From: Rickettsiales bacterium
GTDB taxonomy: Bacteria > Pseudomonadota > Alphaproteobacteria > Rs-D84
DNA: 64,000 bases
Assembly (NCBI GenBank): GCA_031265235.1
Contig: JAISCX010000029.1
Span: 19,137 to 83,136, forward strand
Direction of reading: 5' to 3'
Made by a program: the position numbers and the translations under genes. Position 1 is the stretch's first letter. Every line of letters starts with the position of its first letter. Of the stretch, positions 45,518-55,188 are shown piece after piece. Under the pieces are notes generated by a model, which was not told where the DNA came from, ran no database searches, and saw only the letters and a program-made list of their open reading frames with translations.

Positions 45518-47215
45518 ATGAAAAAAGTCAGTCTATTAGCTATTATTGCGTTGCTTGCTTCCGCACCTGGTGTAAGTAGTGCCGATACTCTTGCTCTTAC
45601 ATCAGATGGGTCGTCTGTATCGGGGGACTCGGGAATTGATGCCCACGCTGTTTCAGATTTACTATCTGCAACAACCATAAGCGGATTCGGTATTTCCGAT
45701 GCTTATACAAAAACAGAAGTTAATACTAAATTTGATAATTTGGGCGATTTAGCCAGTAAGGATCTTATTGACTCTTCGGATATCACTGACGGTGCAGTTA
45801 CTGCCAACAAGCTTGGAGCAAGCTCTGTAACGACAACGAAAATTGACAACAACGCGGTCACTGCTGACAAACTTGCAGCGAACTCTGTAACGGAAGCGAA
45901 GATCAACGACGGTGCGGTTACGACAGCAAAGATCAACGACGGCGCGGTCACTAACTATAAGATTGCTGACGACTCTATCTCGGAAACGAAGATCCAAGGC
46001 AGCGCGGTTACGACCGACAAGCTTGCAGATAACTCTGTAACGGAAGCAAAGATCAACGACGGTGCGGTCACGACAGCAAAGATTGACAATAGTGCTGTCA
46101 CTGCTGACAAACTTGCAGCGAACTCTGTAACGGAAGCGAAGATCAACGACGGCGCAGTCACGACAGCGAAGATCAACGACGGTGCGGTCACGACTGATAA
46201 ACTCGTTGACGGTGCAGTCACTAATTATAAGATTGCAGACGACTCTATCTCGGAAACGAAGATCCAGGGCAGCGCGGTTACGACCGACAAGCTTGCAGAT
46301 AACTCTATCTCGACAGCGAAGATCCAGGATAATGCAGTTGAATTTGGTAAGCTGTCGTCGGATGTTCAAAACACCTTGAACCTTGTCGGCAATGGAGACT
46401 TTACTTCCGCCACTAATATTGCGTCATCTTCCACCACTCTTACCGATGCAATTCTTAACCTTGACACCACGATCGGCGATATGACGACAATCAGCGGGGC
46501 CCATCATGCGGCACTGGGCAACGACACTATTGCCGGCGCCATTGCCGCCATCGATACCAGGATTGACGATGTCATACGCCGCGACGGCAACTATGGATCC
46601 GGTTCCAACCTGATACACATCGGTCAGAATTCAATAGTTCTTGATGAAACCACCGGCGATATGTATTTTGACGGAACCGGCAGCGATACGCTCGCCATCC
46701 GGACGGTATCCGCGAAAGACGCATCATTCCAAGATGTCGCGACAACGGACATCACCGGCGACGGCATATACACCAGCACGTATAACATCGCGGCGACCGA
46801 TACCTTGACCGCGGCCGCCAGCAAACTTGACGCCACGATCGGTGATATGACGACGCTGCGCAACCAGATCAACAGCGGAACGCTGGTCGGTTCTCTGAAC
46901 AATATGTATGATTATGCCGAAAGCAATATCATCCGTTTGGATGGGCGCATTGATTCCGTAGAAGCACGCCTGGACGACATGACCACAGAAATGCGTTCGA
47001 TGTTCGCCGGCGCGGCGGCTATGTCGGCATTGGTTCCTAATGCGCGTGCAAAGGGAAACACCCAGATTTCGTTCGGCGCGGGAACATATCGCGACCAATA
47101 CGGGATCGCGGCCGGCGCGTTCCATTACGTGAACGACAACATTCTTTTGAATGCTGGCGCAGCATATAGCAATGACAACTTTACAGGTCGCGTTGGTGTA
47201 ACAATCGGCTGGTAA
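45518..47215 (+). CDS. trimeric autotransporter adhesin (YadA-like C-terminal anchor) with decapeptide-repeat stalk
   Basis: Signal peptide MKKVSLLAIIALLASAPGVSSA. 19 tandem 10-aa repeats (xxxAVTxxKI/L). C-terminus ...MSALVPNARAKGNTQISFGAGTYRDQYGIAAGAFHYVNDNILLNAGAAYSNDNFTGRVGVTIGW matches the YadA membrane-anchor consensus, ending in W. Confidence 0.8.
   Translation: MKKVSLLAIIALLASAPGVSSADTLALTSDGSSVSGDSGIDAHAVSDLLSATTISGFGISDAYTKTEVNTKFDNLGDLASKDLIDSSDITDGAVTANKLGASSVTTTKIDNNAVTADKLAANSVTEAKINDGAVTTAKINDGAVTNYKIADDSISETKIQGSAVTTDKLADNSVTEAKINDGAVTTAKIDNSAVTADKLAANSVTEAKINDGAVTTAKINDGAVTTDKLVDGAVTNYKIADDSISETKIQGSAVTTDKLADNSISTAKIQDNAVEFGKLSSDVQNTLNLVGNGDFTSATNIASSSTTLTDAILNLDTTIGDMTTISGAHHAALGNDTIAGAIAAIDTRIDDVIRRDGNYGSGSNLIHIGQNSIVLDETTGDMYFDGTGSDTLAIRTVSAKDASFQDVATTDITGDGIYTSTYNIAATDTLTAAASKLDATIGDMTTLRNQINSGTLVGSLNNMYDYAESNIIRLDGRIDSVEARLDDMTTEMRSMFAGAAAMSALVPNARAKGNTQISFGAGTYRDQYGIAAGAFHYVNDNILLNAGAAYSNDNFTGRVGVTIGW
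45779..46349 (+). repeat. 30-bp tandem repeat array (about 19 units, with a higher-order duplication of about 285 bp)
   Basis: Reiterated AACTCTGTAACGGAAGCGAAGATCAACGACGGTGCGGTCACGACAGC-type units. Generates artefactual minus-strand ORFs. Confidence 0.85.
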
Positions 47216-47300
47216 ATAAATAATGCATGCTGCAAAATAGGATGCTTTCCGTCCCATGGGGACGGGACGGAAAGTAAGCCTGCATAAAAGGAGAATCACA

Positions 47301-47768
47301 ATGTTGAAAAAGATGCTTATGGCAACCGTTCTGATAATGCCTGTCGCAGCCAATGCCGGCGTCAAAGTGCCGGACAATCTGGCCGGGACAGCGTTCTTTG
47401 AATTGGGCCGGTCCAAGCTGGGCACCGTTGCTATCACAATGCTGAAAGACTTTAAGAAAATGCGGACGGCTCCGAAATGCGAGAACATCACGCTGGTCGG
47501 CCACGGATGCACCCTGGGCGAAGATAAATTGAATATGGAGCTTGGGTTAAAGCGCGCGCACGCCGTTCGTACCGAACTGGTGAAGATGGGTTTTTCAGAA
47601 GAAAGGATAACGGTAAAATCCGTTGGCAAAAGCCAGCCGACATATCTATGGACATGGATGTTGGAAAATGTCCGTTATGCCAATCCAAAATACAACCGCG
47701 CGGTGGAAATATACATCGACGGTCGGAAAAGCTGGTATGACGATTTTAGGTGCAAACAGGATATTTAA
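47301..47768 (+). CDS. OmpA-like peptidoglycan-binding domain protein
   Basis: Signal peptide MLKKMLMATVLIMPVAANA. ITLVGHGCTLGEDKLNMELGLKRAHAVRTELVKMGFSEERITVKSVGKSQP matches the OmpA/MotB C-terminal domain consensus. Confidence 0.6.
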   Translation: MLKKMLMATVLIMPVAANAGVKVPDNLAGTAFFELGRSKLGTVAITMLKDFKKMRTAPKCENITLVGHGCTLGEDKLNMELGLKRAHAVRTELVKMGFSEERITVKSVGKSQPTYLWTWMLENVRYANPKYNRAVEIYIDGRKSWYDDFRCKQDI

Positions 47769-47795
47769 CAAATAATATGTCTTGTGGTTAATATT

Positions 47796-47826
47796 ACTCT
47801 CTCTTGCCAAAGGGAGAGTTTTTTAT
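47796..47826 (+). terminator. rho-independent terminator
   Basis: ACTCTCTC-TTGCCAAAG-GGAGAGT followed by TTTTTT. Confidence 0.7.
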
Positions 47827-48045
47827 TCTCTGGATAGCATTTGCGATCTTATAGCGACGCCGCAAGAACGGCGGCGCGCTTTAAAGCCGGGCCGCCCCAG
47901 TGGAAAAGATTCACATTCGGACGTCTTTTGCGATTCGGCGTGCGTCCGCGGCTTTAAAACCCGGCCTTAACCGGGTATGGCATTATATGTCGGTTGCCGC
48001 TTTTTTCCCTTGCCCGCGGCTATAAAATTTCCTACAATTTCCTTC

Positions 48046-48558
48046 ATGAGATGCCCATATTGCAACAGCACAGAATCCCAGGTAAAGGATTCCCGTCCTA
48101 GCGAAGAAGACGGGACAATCCGACGCCGGCGCATTTGTTCCGAATGCGGGGCGCGCTTTACGACCATCGAAAGGGTTCAGATGCGGGATTTGATTGTCCG
48201 GAAATCAAACAGAGAAATCCAGCCCTTTGACCGCGAAAAGCTGGCGCGCAGCATCCGCGTCGCATGTCAAAAGCGCTGTGTTTCCGACAAGCAGATTGAA
48301 AACATTGTGACTTCGATCCACCGGCGTCTTGAAACCGAGGCGACCGAAGACATAATAACGTCCGAATACATCGGGCAGCTGGCGTCCGAATCGCTGATAA
48401 TACTGGACCCGATCGCATTCGTGCGGTTTGTGTCCGTTTACAAAAAATTCACGCGCGTCGCGGATTTTAAAAAGATTATCGCGCAAATCCCCGAAGCGGA
48501 CCCAAATGCAGAAGCTTGCGAATTGCCGAAAACGTCATATAAAGGAAGCCTGTTCTAG
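48046..48558 (+). CDS. nrdR: transcriptional repressor NrdR
   Basis: MRCPYCNSTESQVKDSR...CSECGARFTT zinc ribbon plus ATP-cone. Start taken at the MRCPYC Met. Confidence 0.9.
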   Translation: MRCPYCNSTESQVKDSRPSEEDGTIRRRRICSECGARFTTIERVQMRDLIVRKSNREIQPFDREKLARSIRVACQKRCVSDKQIENIVTSIHRRLETEATEDIITSEYIGQLASESLIILDPIAFVRFVSVYKKFTRVADFKKIIAQIPEADPNAEACELPKTSYKGSLF

Positions 48559-50351
48559 TGAAAAAATTTTTACCCTCATTGAAAAAAAAGAAGGCTGGCA
48601 TTATGGAATTATCCGGCCGCGCAAAGCGCGGCTGCATCATTTTTTTCACCTTTTTATTTCTTTCCCCTTTCACTTTCGCGGCGTTTGCCGCGCTGCCGCC
48701 GCAAATCCTATCCGATGAAAACGCGGCCATCTATACGCAAATATTCAAACTGCAAGACAAAGAAAATATTGCCGGGGCTGTGGCGTTGCAGAAACAATTA
48801 TCCGATCCGCTGCTGATTCCGGACGTGCTGGAACAGCGGTATATGTCCAAGACCTATAAAACTTCGGCCAAGGAAATATCCGAATGGATGGGCAAGTATT
48901 ACGATCATCCTGGCGCGGACAGAATATATAAAATGGCGAAAAAAAGAAAAATCGGCGTCCGCGCGCCAAAACTGCCTTCGCCCGTAATGCTGACCTTTGA
49001 TTCGATCGCCAATTCCGAAAGCTGGACGCGAAAAAAATATTCCGGGGAAACGGAAAGACAAATAAAAAGCTTTAAATCATCACTGCGCCGCGGCAAAACA
49101 AAAAACGCGCGGACCCTTTTGCAGGACAAATCATTCCAAAAGAAACTTATCCCCGAAGATTACGGGCGCCTTTGCGGACGGATTGCCTTTGTTTACTATG
49201 CGGATGGAAATTTTGAACTGGCGCGACAATTCGGCAGAACCGCCGCCGCCGAAAAATCCGAATACGGTTTTTGGACGATGGGCTTGCTGTCTTTCAAGAC
49301 GGATGATTTTGAAAAAGCCCAGAAGTACTTTTCAGACATGCTGAACATTGACCAGGTAAACGGGGCCAGAAAACAGGAAGCGCTGTTCTGGGCCGGACGC
49401 GCGGCGGACGCGAACGACGACAAGACGGCCGCAAAAAAATTCTGGAAAGACGCCGCGGCCCGGCCCCAGACTTTTTACGGGGCGCTGGCGGCCGCCATGC
49501 TGGGCGATATTCCAAAATACGAATTCTTTGACCGGGAATGGGGCCAGGACGATGTCAAAGAATTGATGAAGACACGCTATGGCATAGAATCGCTGGCGCT
49601 GCTCCAAATCGGCGAACGAACCCGCGCCGAAACGCATCTGCGATACCTGATTACGAACAAGGCGTCCGACCAGCTGCTGCACGCGGTTCATGCGATCGCA
49701 AACACCGCGGAATTGCCGCGCGCGTCGATGCAGGTGTCGGCCCTGCTTCGCAAGCGCGATATTACGGAAATAAACCCCGAAGTCATATTAAGCGCACAGT
49801 ATCCGCTGCCGGATTGGGAACCCATCGGCGGGTGGAGCATCGACCGCGCGCTGCTATTCGCAATAACGCGTCAGGAATCCGGATTCAAGACAAACGCCAA
49901 ATCGCGCGTCGGCGCATCCGGATTAATGCAAATTATGCCCAAGACGGCACGCCTGGTGGCAAAGCGACAAAACATGAGAATGTCGGACTTGGACATATCG
50001 AACCCGGAACACAACATGTTTCTTGGACAGCAGCATATCGTCGATCTGCTGGGCAATCCTTTGATTGAAAACAATATAATAAAGATGCTGGTTTCTTATA
50101 ACGCCGGCCCCGGGACCATGACAAAATGGGAAAAGCAATTCCAAACGGACGACCCGCTGCTGTATATAGAAAGCTTTCCGGCATTTGAAACCCGCGGATA
50201 TATAAAGCGAGTGCTTAGCAATTTATGGCTTTATCGCGCGCGCTTGAATCAGCCGCTGACAAATATCCAAGACCTGGCGGGCGGGCGCTGGCCAAGATAC
50301 GAATCCAGCGACAGCTTTGTCGGAACGATAAGAGCGGAAAGAGAGATATAA
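48558..50351 (+). CDS. soluble lytic murein transglycosylase (Slt family)
   Basis: Signal peptide, superhelical N-terminal region, C-terminal SLT domain with RQESGFKTNAKSRVGASGLMQIMPKTA (catalytic Glu-Ser) and YNAGPG. Alternative start at the ATG at 48603. Confidence 0.7.
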   Translation: MKKFLPSLKKKKAGIMELSGRAKRGCIIFFTFLFLSPFTFAAFAALPPQILSDENAAIYTQIFKLQDKENIAGAVALQKQLSDPLLIPDVLEQRYMSKTYKTSAKEISEWMGKYYDHPGADRIYKMAKKRKIGVRAPKLPSPVMLTFDSIANSESWTRKKYSGETERQIKSFKSSLRRGKTKNARTLLQDKSFQKKLIPEDYGRLCGRIAFVYYADGNFELARQFGRTAAAEKSEYGFWTMGLLSFKTDDFEKAQKYFSDMLNIDQVNGARKQEALFWAGRAADANDDKTAAKKFWKDAAARPQTFYGALAAAMLGDIPKYEFFDREWGQDDVKELMKTRYGIESLALLQIGERTRAETHLRYLITNKASDQLLHAVHAIANTAELPRASMQVSALLRKRDITEINPEVILSAQYPLPDWEPIGGWSIDRALLFAITRQESGFKTNAKSRVGASGLMQIMPKTARLVAKRQNMRMSDLDISNPEHNMFLGQQHIVDLLGNPLIENNIIKMLVSYNAGPGTMTKWEKQFQTDDPLLYIESFPAFETRGYIKRVLSNLWLYRARLNQPLTNIQDLAGGRWPRYESSDSFVGTIRAEREI

Positions 50352-50436
50352 AAGCAATCAGCGGCATGCCCCGGCGGCATGGATTGAGCCGCCCTGCTTT
50401 TTATCTAACCCCGACGCTGGTTGCCGATTAATAAGA

Positions 50437-51069
50437 ATGCCAACATTTGAAATAGAGTCTTCTTTACCTTTTGATTTTATCGCGGGCACGGATGAAGCCG
50501 GCCGCGGACCTTTGTGCGGACCCGTGGTCGCCGCCGCGGTGATGTTTCCCAAAGATCATGCGGATATTGATTTCGTAATTTCAAAACTGAAAATCAACGA
50601 CAGCAAAAAAATGACCGCGATGCAACGCGACGCGGCATACGACTGGCTGACCGCCAATTCTGAAATAATCTGGGCCGCAGCGCAATGCAGCCCGAAAGAA
50701 ATAGACGAAATTAACATCCTGCATGCATCGATGAAGGCAATGCAGCGCGCGGTATCCGCCTTGGCCCGCGCACCACAGTTTGTTCTGGTGGACGGGAACC
50801 GCGCGCCAGATTTCGCATGCCCCGCGCGCGCAATTGTCCAGGGCGACGCAAAATCGATATCCGTCGCCGCCGCCAGCATAATAGCGAAAGTCACCCGCGA
50901 CCGCATAATGCGAAAACTTGCGGTGCAGTTTCCTGAATACGGATGGGAAAAAAATGCCGGATACCCTACGGCATCGCACTTGCAGGCCATAGATAAATAT
51001 GGTATAAACGAACACTATCGAAAAACATTCGCGCCGGTGGCGCGGATAGCGAAAATTGAAAAGGAATAA
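50437..51069 (+). CDS. rnhB: ribonuclease HII
   Basis: GTDEAGRGPLCGPVVAAAV catalytic motif. 210 aa. Confidence 0.9.
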   Translation: MPTFEIESSLPFDFIAGTDEAGRGPLCGPVVAAAVMFPKDHADIDFVISKLKINDSKKMTAMQRDAAYDWLTANSEIIWAAAQCSPKEIDEINILHASMKAMQRAVSALARAPQFVLVDGNRAPDFACPARAIVQGDAKSISVAAASIIAKVTRDRIMRKLAVQFPEYGWEKNAGYPTASHLQAIDKYGINEHYRKTFAPVARIAKIEKE

Positions 51070-51072
51070 ATC

Positions 51073-52278
51073 ATGAAAATCCACACCATTTCGGAACTTG
51101 GCGATATTGCCGGCAAATACGTGCTTTTGCGCACTGATTTTAACGTTCAAATCGTTGACGGGAAAATTACGGACACCTTTCGGATAGAACAGTCCTTGCC
51201 GACAATTCGGAATTTGAAAAAACTGGGCGCGCGCATAGCAATCGTTTCGCATCTGGGCCGTCCGAATGGCGAAAGAAACCCGAAATATTCGAATCTGCCT
51301 GTGGCGTTGGCATTGTCGGAATTAATGGGGGAACCGGTGCCGCTGGTGCCGGACTGCATCGGCGAACACGTTGCAGGCGCGCGGCGCGACATGGCGGACG
51401 GCGATGTGGTTCTGCTGGAAAACGTGCGATTTCACCCGGGCGAAGAAGAAAACAATTCGGAATTTTCGAAAGAATTGGCGCACGGCTTTGACATTTATGT
51501 AAACGATGCTTTCGGCGTTTCGCATCGCGCGCACGCATCGACGGTCGGCGTTACAAAATTTCTGCCAAGTTATGCCGGCGAATTGCTGGCGAGAGAGATC
51601 GGCACCCTGTCGAATTTAATGGAAAATCCAAAGCGGCCGCTGCTGGGGCTGATCAGCGGGGCAAAGATCAAATCCAAGATCAGTATTATCAAGGCGCTGG
51701 GCAAACTTTGCGACAAGATCATATGCGCAGGCGGAATCGGGACCAGCATGCTGGTTGCCCAGGGCGCAAAAAACCTTGCCATGGACGCGGACAATCTTGA
51801 TAAATATGACGAAAGCACCGATATTCAGATACTGGAAATAATAAAGGAATACGGCGACAAAATCATTCTGCCGGTTGAAAAAGGCGTCGCACCCGTTTGG
51901 GCCAAAGACACGCCAAGAACAAACAAAATGATGGCGGAAATCCAGCCTGGCGACGTTATTATGGACGAAGGCCCGGCATCCGTCAAAGAATACGAACACG
52001 CGATAGACAGCGCCAAAACAATTGTCTGGAACGGCACGGTCGGCATGGCCGAATGGCCCCCGGTATGGAGCACGGGCACATTCGCCCTGGCCCGTTACAT
52101 AGCGGACAAAACGCGCGCCGGCGAAATTGAATCAATTATCGGCGGCGGGGATACGGTTGCGGCACTGGATGCCGCCGGGGCCAAAGACGACATGACATAC
52201 GTATCGACAGGTGGCGGCGCATTTCTGGAATTCATCGAAGGACGCGAATTGCCGGGAATAAAAGCACTGGAAAAATAA
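51073..52278 (+). CDS. pgk: phosphoglycerate kinase
   Basis: RTDFNV N-terminus, hinge and C-terminal GGGDT...STGGGAFLE nucleotide-binding motifs. 401 aa. Confidence 0.9.
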   Translation: MKIHTISELGDIAGKYVLLRTDFNVQIVDGKITDTFRIEQSLPTIRNLKKLGARIAIVSHLGRPNGERNPKYSNLPVALALSELMGEPVPLVPDCIGEHVAGARRDMADGDVVLLENVRFHPGEEENNSEFSKELAHGFDIYVNDAFGVSHRAHASTVGVTKFLPSYAGELLAREIGTLSNLMENPKRPLLGLISGAKIKSKISIIKALGKLCDKIICAGGIGTSMLVAQGAKNLAMDADNLDKYDESTDIQILEIIKEYGDKIILPVEKGVAPVWAKDTPRTNKMMAEIQPGDVIMDEGPASVKEYEHAIDSAKTIVWNGTVGMAEWPPVWSTGTFALARYIADKTRAGEIESIIGGGDTVAALDAAGAKDDMTYVSTGGGAFLEFIEGRELPGIKALEK

Positions 52279-52289
52279 AAGGCATATTA

Positions 52290-53144
52290 TTGGGCATATT
52301 TTCCAAAATTTCATCATTACTTACCGGTCGGCGCGAACTGGACCATGTCACGTCCGAATCGCTGTCCGATGCGTTGATTGCCGCGGATGTCGCGCCTGAC
52401 TTGGCGGATGACTTGGTCGGACGTCTGCGCGCGCGGGGGGAAATTGACGCTGCGTCTGCAAAGCAAATATTGTTTGACGCCATGCTGCCGATTGCAGAAA
52501 AACTTACGCTCCATGCCCAATCACAAGAAAAACCGTCGGTTTTTCTTGTGATTGGTGTAAATGGCGCGGGGAAAACCACAACCATCGGAAAAATGGCAAA
52601 ACAATGGCATGACGATGGAAAAAAGGTTGTCGTTGCGGCCGCGGATACATTTCGCGCCGCCGCAGGGGAACAATTGGCAGAATGGGCCGCGCGCGCGGAC
52701 GCAACCCTTATTGCCGGGGATAATGACCCTGCAACGGTCGCGTACAAAGCGGTTGAATTCGGCCGTGAAAACGACGCCGATATCGTAATCATCGATACGG
52801 CAGGCCGATTGCACAACCGCGCCGATTTAATGGACGAACTTGCGAAAATAACGCGCGTTATAAAAAAGCTGATTCCGGATGCGCCGCACGAAACTCTGCT
52901 GGTTCTGGACGCTAATACAGGCCAAAACGCCATAAATCAAATTGAATACTTTGATAAAGCGGCGCGCCTGTCCGGACTGGTTGTCACAAAAATGGATTCC
53001 AGCGCCAAGGGCGGTTTTCTGGTAACCTATGCCGCGCAGAACAAGTCGGTGCTTCCTATTTATTCCATCGGATACGGCGAAAAGATTGGCGACCTGCGCA
53101 AATTCGATGCAAAAGAATATCTGAACAAATTATTGGATATGTGA
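52290..53144 (+). CDS. ftsY: signal recognition particle receptor FtsY (NG domain only, TTG start)
   Basis: GVNGAGKTTTIGKMA (G1), DTAGR (G3), TKMD (G4). 284 aa implies no acidic A-domain. Confidence 0.85.
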   Translation: MGIFSKISSLLTGRRELDHVTSESLSDALIAADVAPDLADDLVGRLRARGEIDAASAKQILFDAMLPIAEKLTLHAQSQEKPSVFLVIGVNGAGKTTTIGKMAKQWHDDGKKVVVAAADTFRAAAGEQLAEWAARADATLIAGDNDPATVAYKAVEFGRENDADIVIIDTAGRLHNRADLMDELAKITRVIKKLIPDAPHETLLVLDANTGQNAINQIEYFDKAARLSGLVVTKMDSSAKGGFLVTYAAQNKSVLPIYSIGYGEKIGDLRKFDAKEYLNKLLDM

Positions 53145-53212
53145 CCGGTCTTGAATAGCTGTCTATTTTTCCTTATATAAATTCGCGAATCGGTTTTTTA
53201 TGTGATAAAATC

Positions 53213-53824
53213 ATGTCATTCATTAATAAGATGGAGTTTTCTATGTCTCTGATACCAATGGTTATCGAAGAATCTGGCCGCGGAGAACGCAGCTTTGACA
53301 TATATTCGCGTTTGCTGCGCGACCGCATCATAATGCTGCAGGGCGAATTCGAAACGCAGATGGCGAACGTAATTATCGCCCAGCTTTTGCTGTTGGAATC
53401 CGAAAATCCGAACGCAGATATCCAGCTGTATATCCAAAGCCCCGGCGGCAGTGCGGATGCGTGCTATGCGATTCTGGATACTATGAACTATATCAAGGCG
53501 CCTGTATCCACGATCGGAATGGGCATGGTGGCCAGCGCGGCGTCCGTGATTCTGGCCGGCGGAACAAAAGGAAAACGTTTCGCGTTGACAAACACGAATA
53601 TCATGATTCACCAGCCGCTATCCAGCGCCCGCGGCCAGGTGACCGATTTGAAGATTCACATAGAACAATCGATAAAATTGAAAGAAAAGCTTATCAAAGA
53701 CTATGCGGCATGGACCGGAAAATCTGAAAAGGTAATCGCCGACGCGATAGAGCGAGATAATTATATGAGCGCCCAGGAAGCGAAAGATTTCGGATTAATC
53801 GACGAAGTAATGGTAAAGAAATAA
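53213..53824 (+). CDS. clpP: ATP-dependent Clp protease proteolytic subunit
   Basis: ClpP fold with Ser (GMVASAAS), His (MIHQP) and Asp catalytic residues. Start may be the downstream Met at 53231. Confidence 0.9.
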   Translation: MSFINKMEFSMSLIPMVIEESGRGERSFDIYSRLLRDRIIMLQGEFETQMANVIIAQLLLLESENPNADIQLYIQSPGGSADACYAILDTMNYIKAPVSTIGMGMVASAASVILAGGTKGKRFALTNTNIMIHQPLSSARGQVTDLKIHIEQSIKLKEKLIKDYAAWTGKSEKVIADAIERDNYMSAQEAKDFGLIDEVMVKK

Positions 53825-53833
53825 GGAATAAAA

Positions 53834-55105
53834 ATGTCCGACGAAAAGATTGTCAAAAAAACCAAGGACCGGGGCGAACACCAAATATGCTCGTTCTGCG
53901 GCAAGGCTGTATTTGAAGTCAAAAAGCTTGTGTCCGGCAAAAATGTCTGCATTTGCGACGAATGCATCGGTCTTTGCAATGACATAATGGCAGACGATGA
54001 AAAGCAGAAAATAACACACGACGCGTCAAAACTGCCTACGCCGTCAAAGATTTACAAAATTCTGAACGATTATGTAATCGGACAGGACGAAGCCAAACGG
54101 ACGATGGCTGTCGCTGTATATAACCACTATAAACGCCACAGCGCCGGATTGAAGTCCGATGTTGAAATCCAGAAATCAAACATCTTGATGCTCGGGCCGA
54201 CCGGCACCGGAAAAACCTTGTTCGCGCAGACACTCGCCCGCGTTTTGGATGTTCCTTTCGCAATCGCGGACGCAACGACATTGACCGAGGCGGGATACGT
54301 CGGCGAAGACGTGGAAAGCGTGCTGACCCGCTTGCTGCAAAATGCAAACTTTGACATGGAACGCGCGCAAAAAGGAATAATTTACATTGACGAGATTGAC
54401 AAGATTTCTCGCAAAAGCGAAAACCCAAGTCTTACGCGCGACGTATCCGGCGAAGGCGTCCAACAGGCGTTGCTGAAATTGATCGAAGGCACTGTTGCAA
54501 ATATTCCGGTAAACGCGCAAAGCGCGCGCAAGCATCCGGGCGAAAACACCCAGCAGATCAACACATCCGGCATATTGTTCATCTGCGGCGGCGCGTTTGA
54601 CGGTCTGAACAAAATCATAGGCGCGCGGACCAACGCCCGCGCCGGCATCGGGTTCGGCGCAAATGTGGCCAGCAAAGAAAAACGCGCGGAAAAAAATCGC
54701 CTGTCCGACGTTCAACCCGGCGATCTGGTGCGGTTTGGAATTATTCCCGAACTTGTCGGGCGTCTGCCGATTATCACGACATTAAACGAACTGGACCAGG
54801 ACGCGTTGGTCCAGATCCTGACAAAACCGAAAAACGCGATCGTCCGGCAATACCAAGCGATACTTGAAATGGAAGGGGTCAAACTGACCATAAAGCCGGA
54901 CGGGCTTGCCGCCATTGCGGAACAGGCTTTGCGCCGCAAAACAGGCGCGCGGGGACTGCGTTCCATCATTGAAAAAATATTGCTGGCCCCCATGTTCGAT
55001 GCGCCGGATACCCCGGACTTGAAAGAAATAGTAATCGACGCGGATGTTGCGGGCGGCACAAAAGAACCGGTTAAAATCTTTGCCGATGCAAAAAAAGCGG
55101 CATAA
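53834..55105 (+). CDS. clpX: ATP-dependent Clp protease ATP-binding subunit ClpX
   Basis: N-terminal C4 zinc finger (CSFCGK...CICDEC), Walker A GPTGTGKT, Walker [10 protein letters not shown], sensor motifs. Confidence 0.95.
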   Translation: MSDEKIVKKTKDRGEHQICSFCGKAVFEVKKLVSGKNVCICDECIGLCNDIMADDEKQKITHDASKLPTPSKIYKILNDYVIGQDEAKRTMAVAVYNHYKRHSAGLKSDVEIQKSNILMLGPTGTGKTLFAQTLARVLDVPFAIADATTLTEAGYVGEDVESVLTRLLQNANFDMERAQKGIIYIDEIDKISRKSENPSLTRDVSGEGVQQALLKLIEGTVANIPVNAQSARKHPGENTQQINTSGILFICGGAFDGLNKIIGARTNARAGIGFGANVASKEKRAEKNRLSDVQPGDLVRFGIIPELVGRLPIITTLNELDQDALVQILTKPKNAIVRQYQAILEMEGVKLTIKPDGLAAIAEQALRRKTGARGLRSIIEKILLAPMFDAPDTPDLKEIVIDADVAGGTKEPVKIFADAKKAA

Positions 55106-55115
55106 AAATATCAAC

Positions 55116-55145
55116 AGGGGCGGAAAATCTTCCGCCCCTGCAATT
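55116..55145 (+). terminator. hairpin terminator after clpX
   Basis: AGGGGCGGAA-AATC-TTCCGCCCCT with a weak T-tract. Confidence 0.45.
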
Positions 55146-55188
55146 TTCTACATTGAACACAATCTCTTTTTCTGGTAAAATTCTTTAA

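Noticed and set aside
45703-46369. Several minus-strand ORFs (82-206 aa, rich in V/T/A/S/L) antisense to the adhesin gene
   Set aside because: They lie wholly inside the 30-bp tandem repeat array. Repetitive in-frame sequence keeps any frame open. The plus-strand product has a signal peptide and a canonical YadA anchor, so the antisense ORFs are artefacts.
47850-48045. GCTTTAAAGC-type palindromes upstream of nrdR as an NrdR-box
   Set aside because: NrdR boxes are expected upstream of nrd operons, not nrdR. The palindromes are short and GC-rich and are more likely part of a terminator or UTR structure, so they are not annotated.
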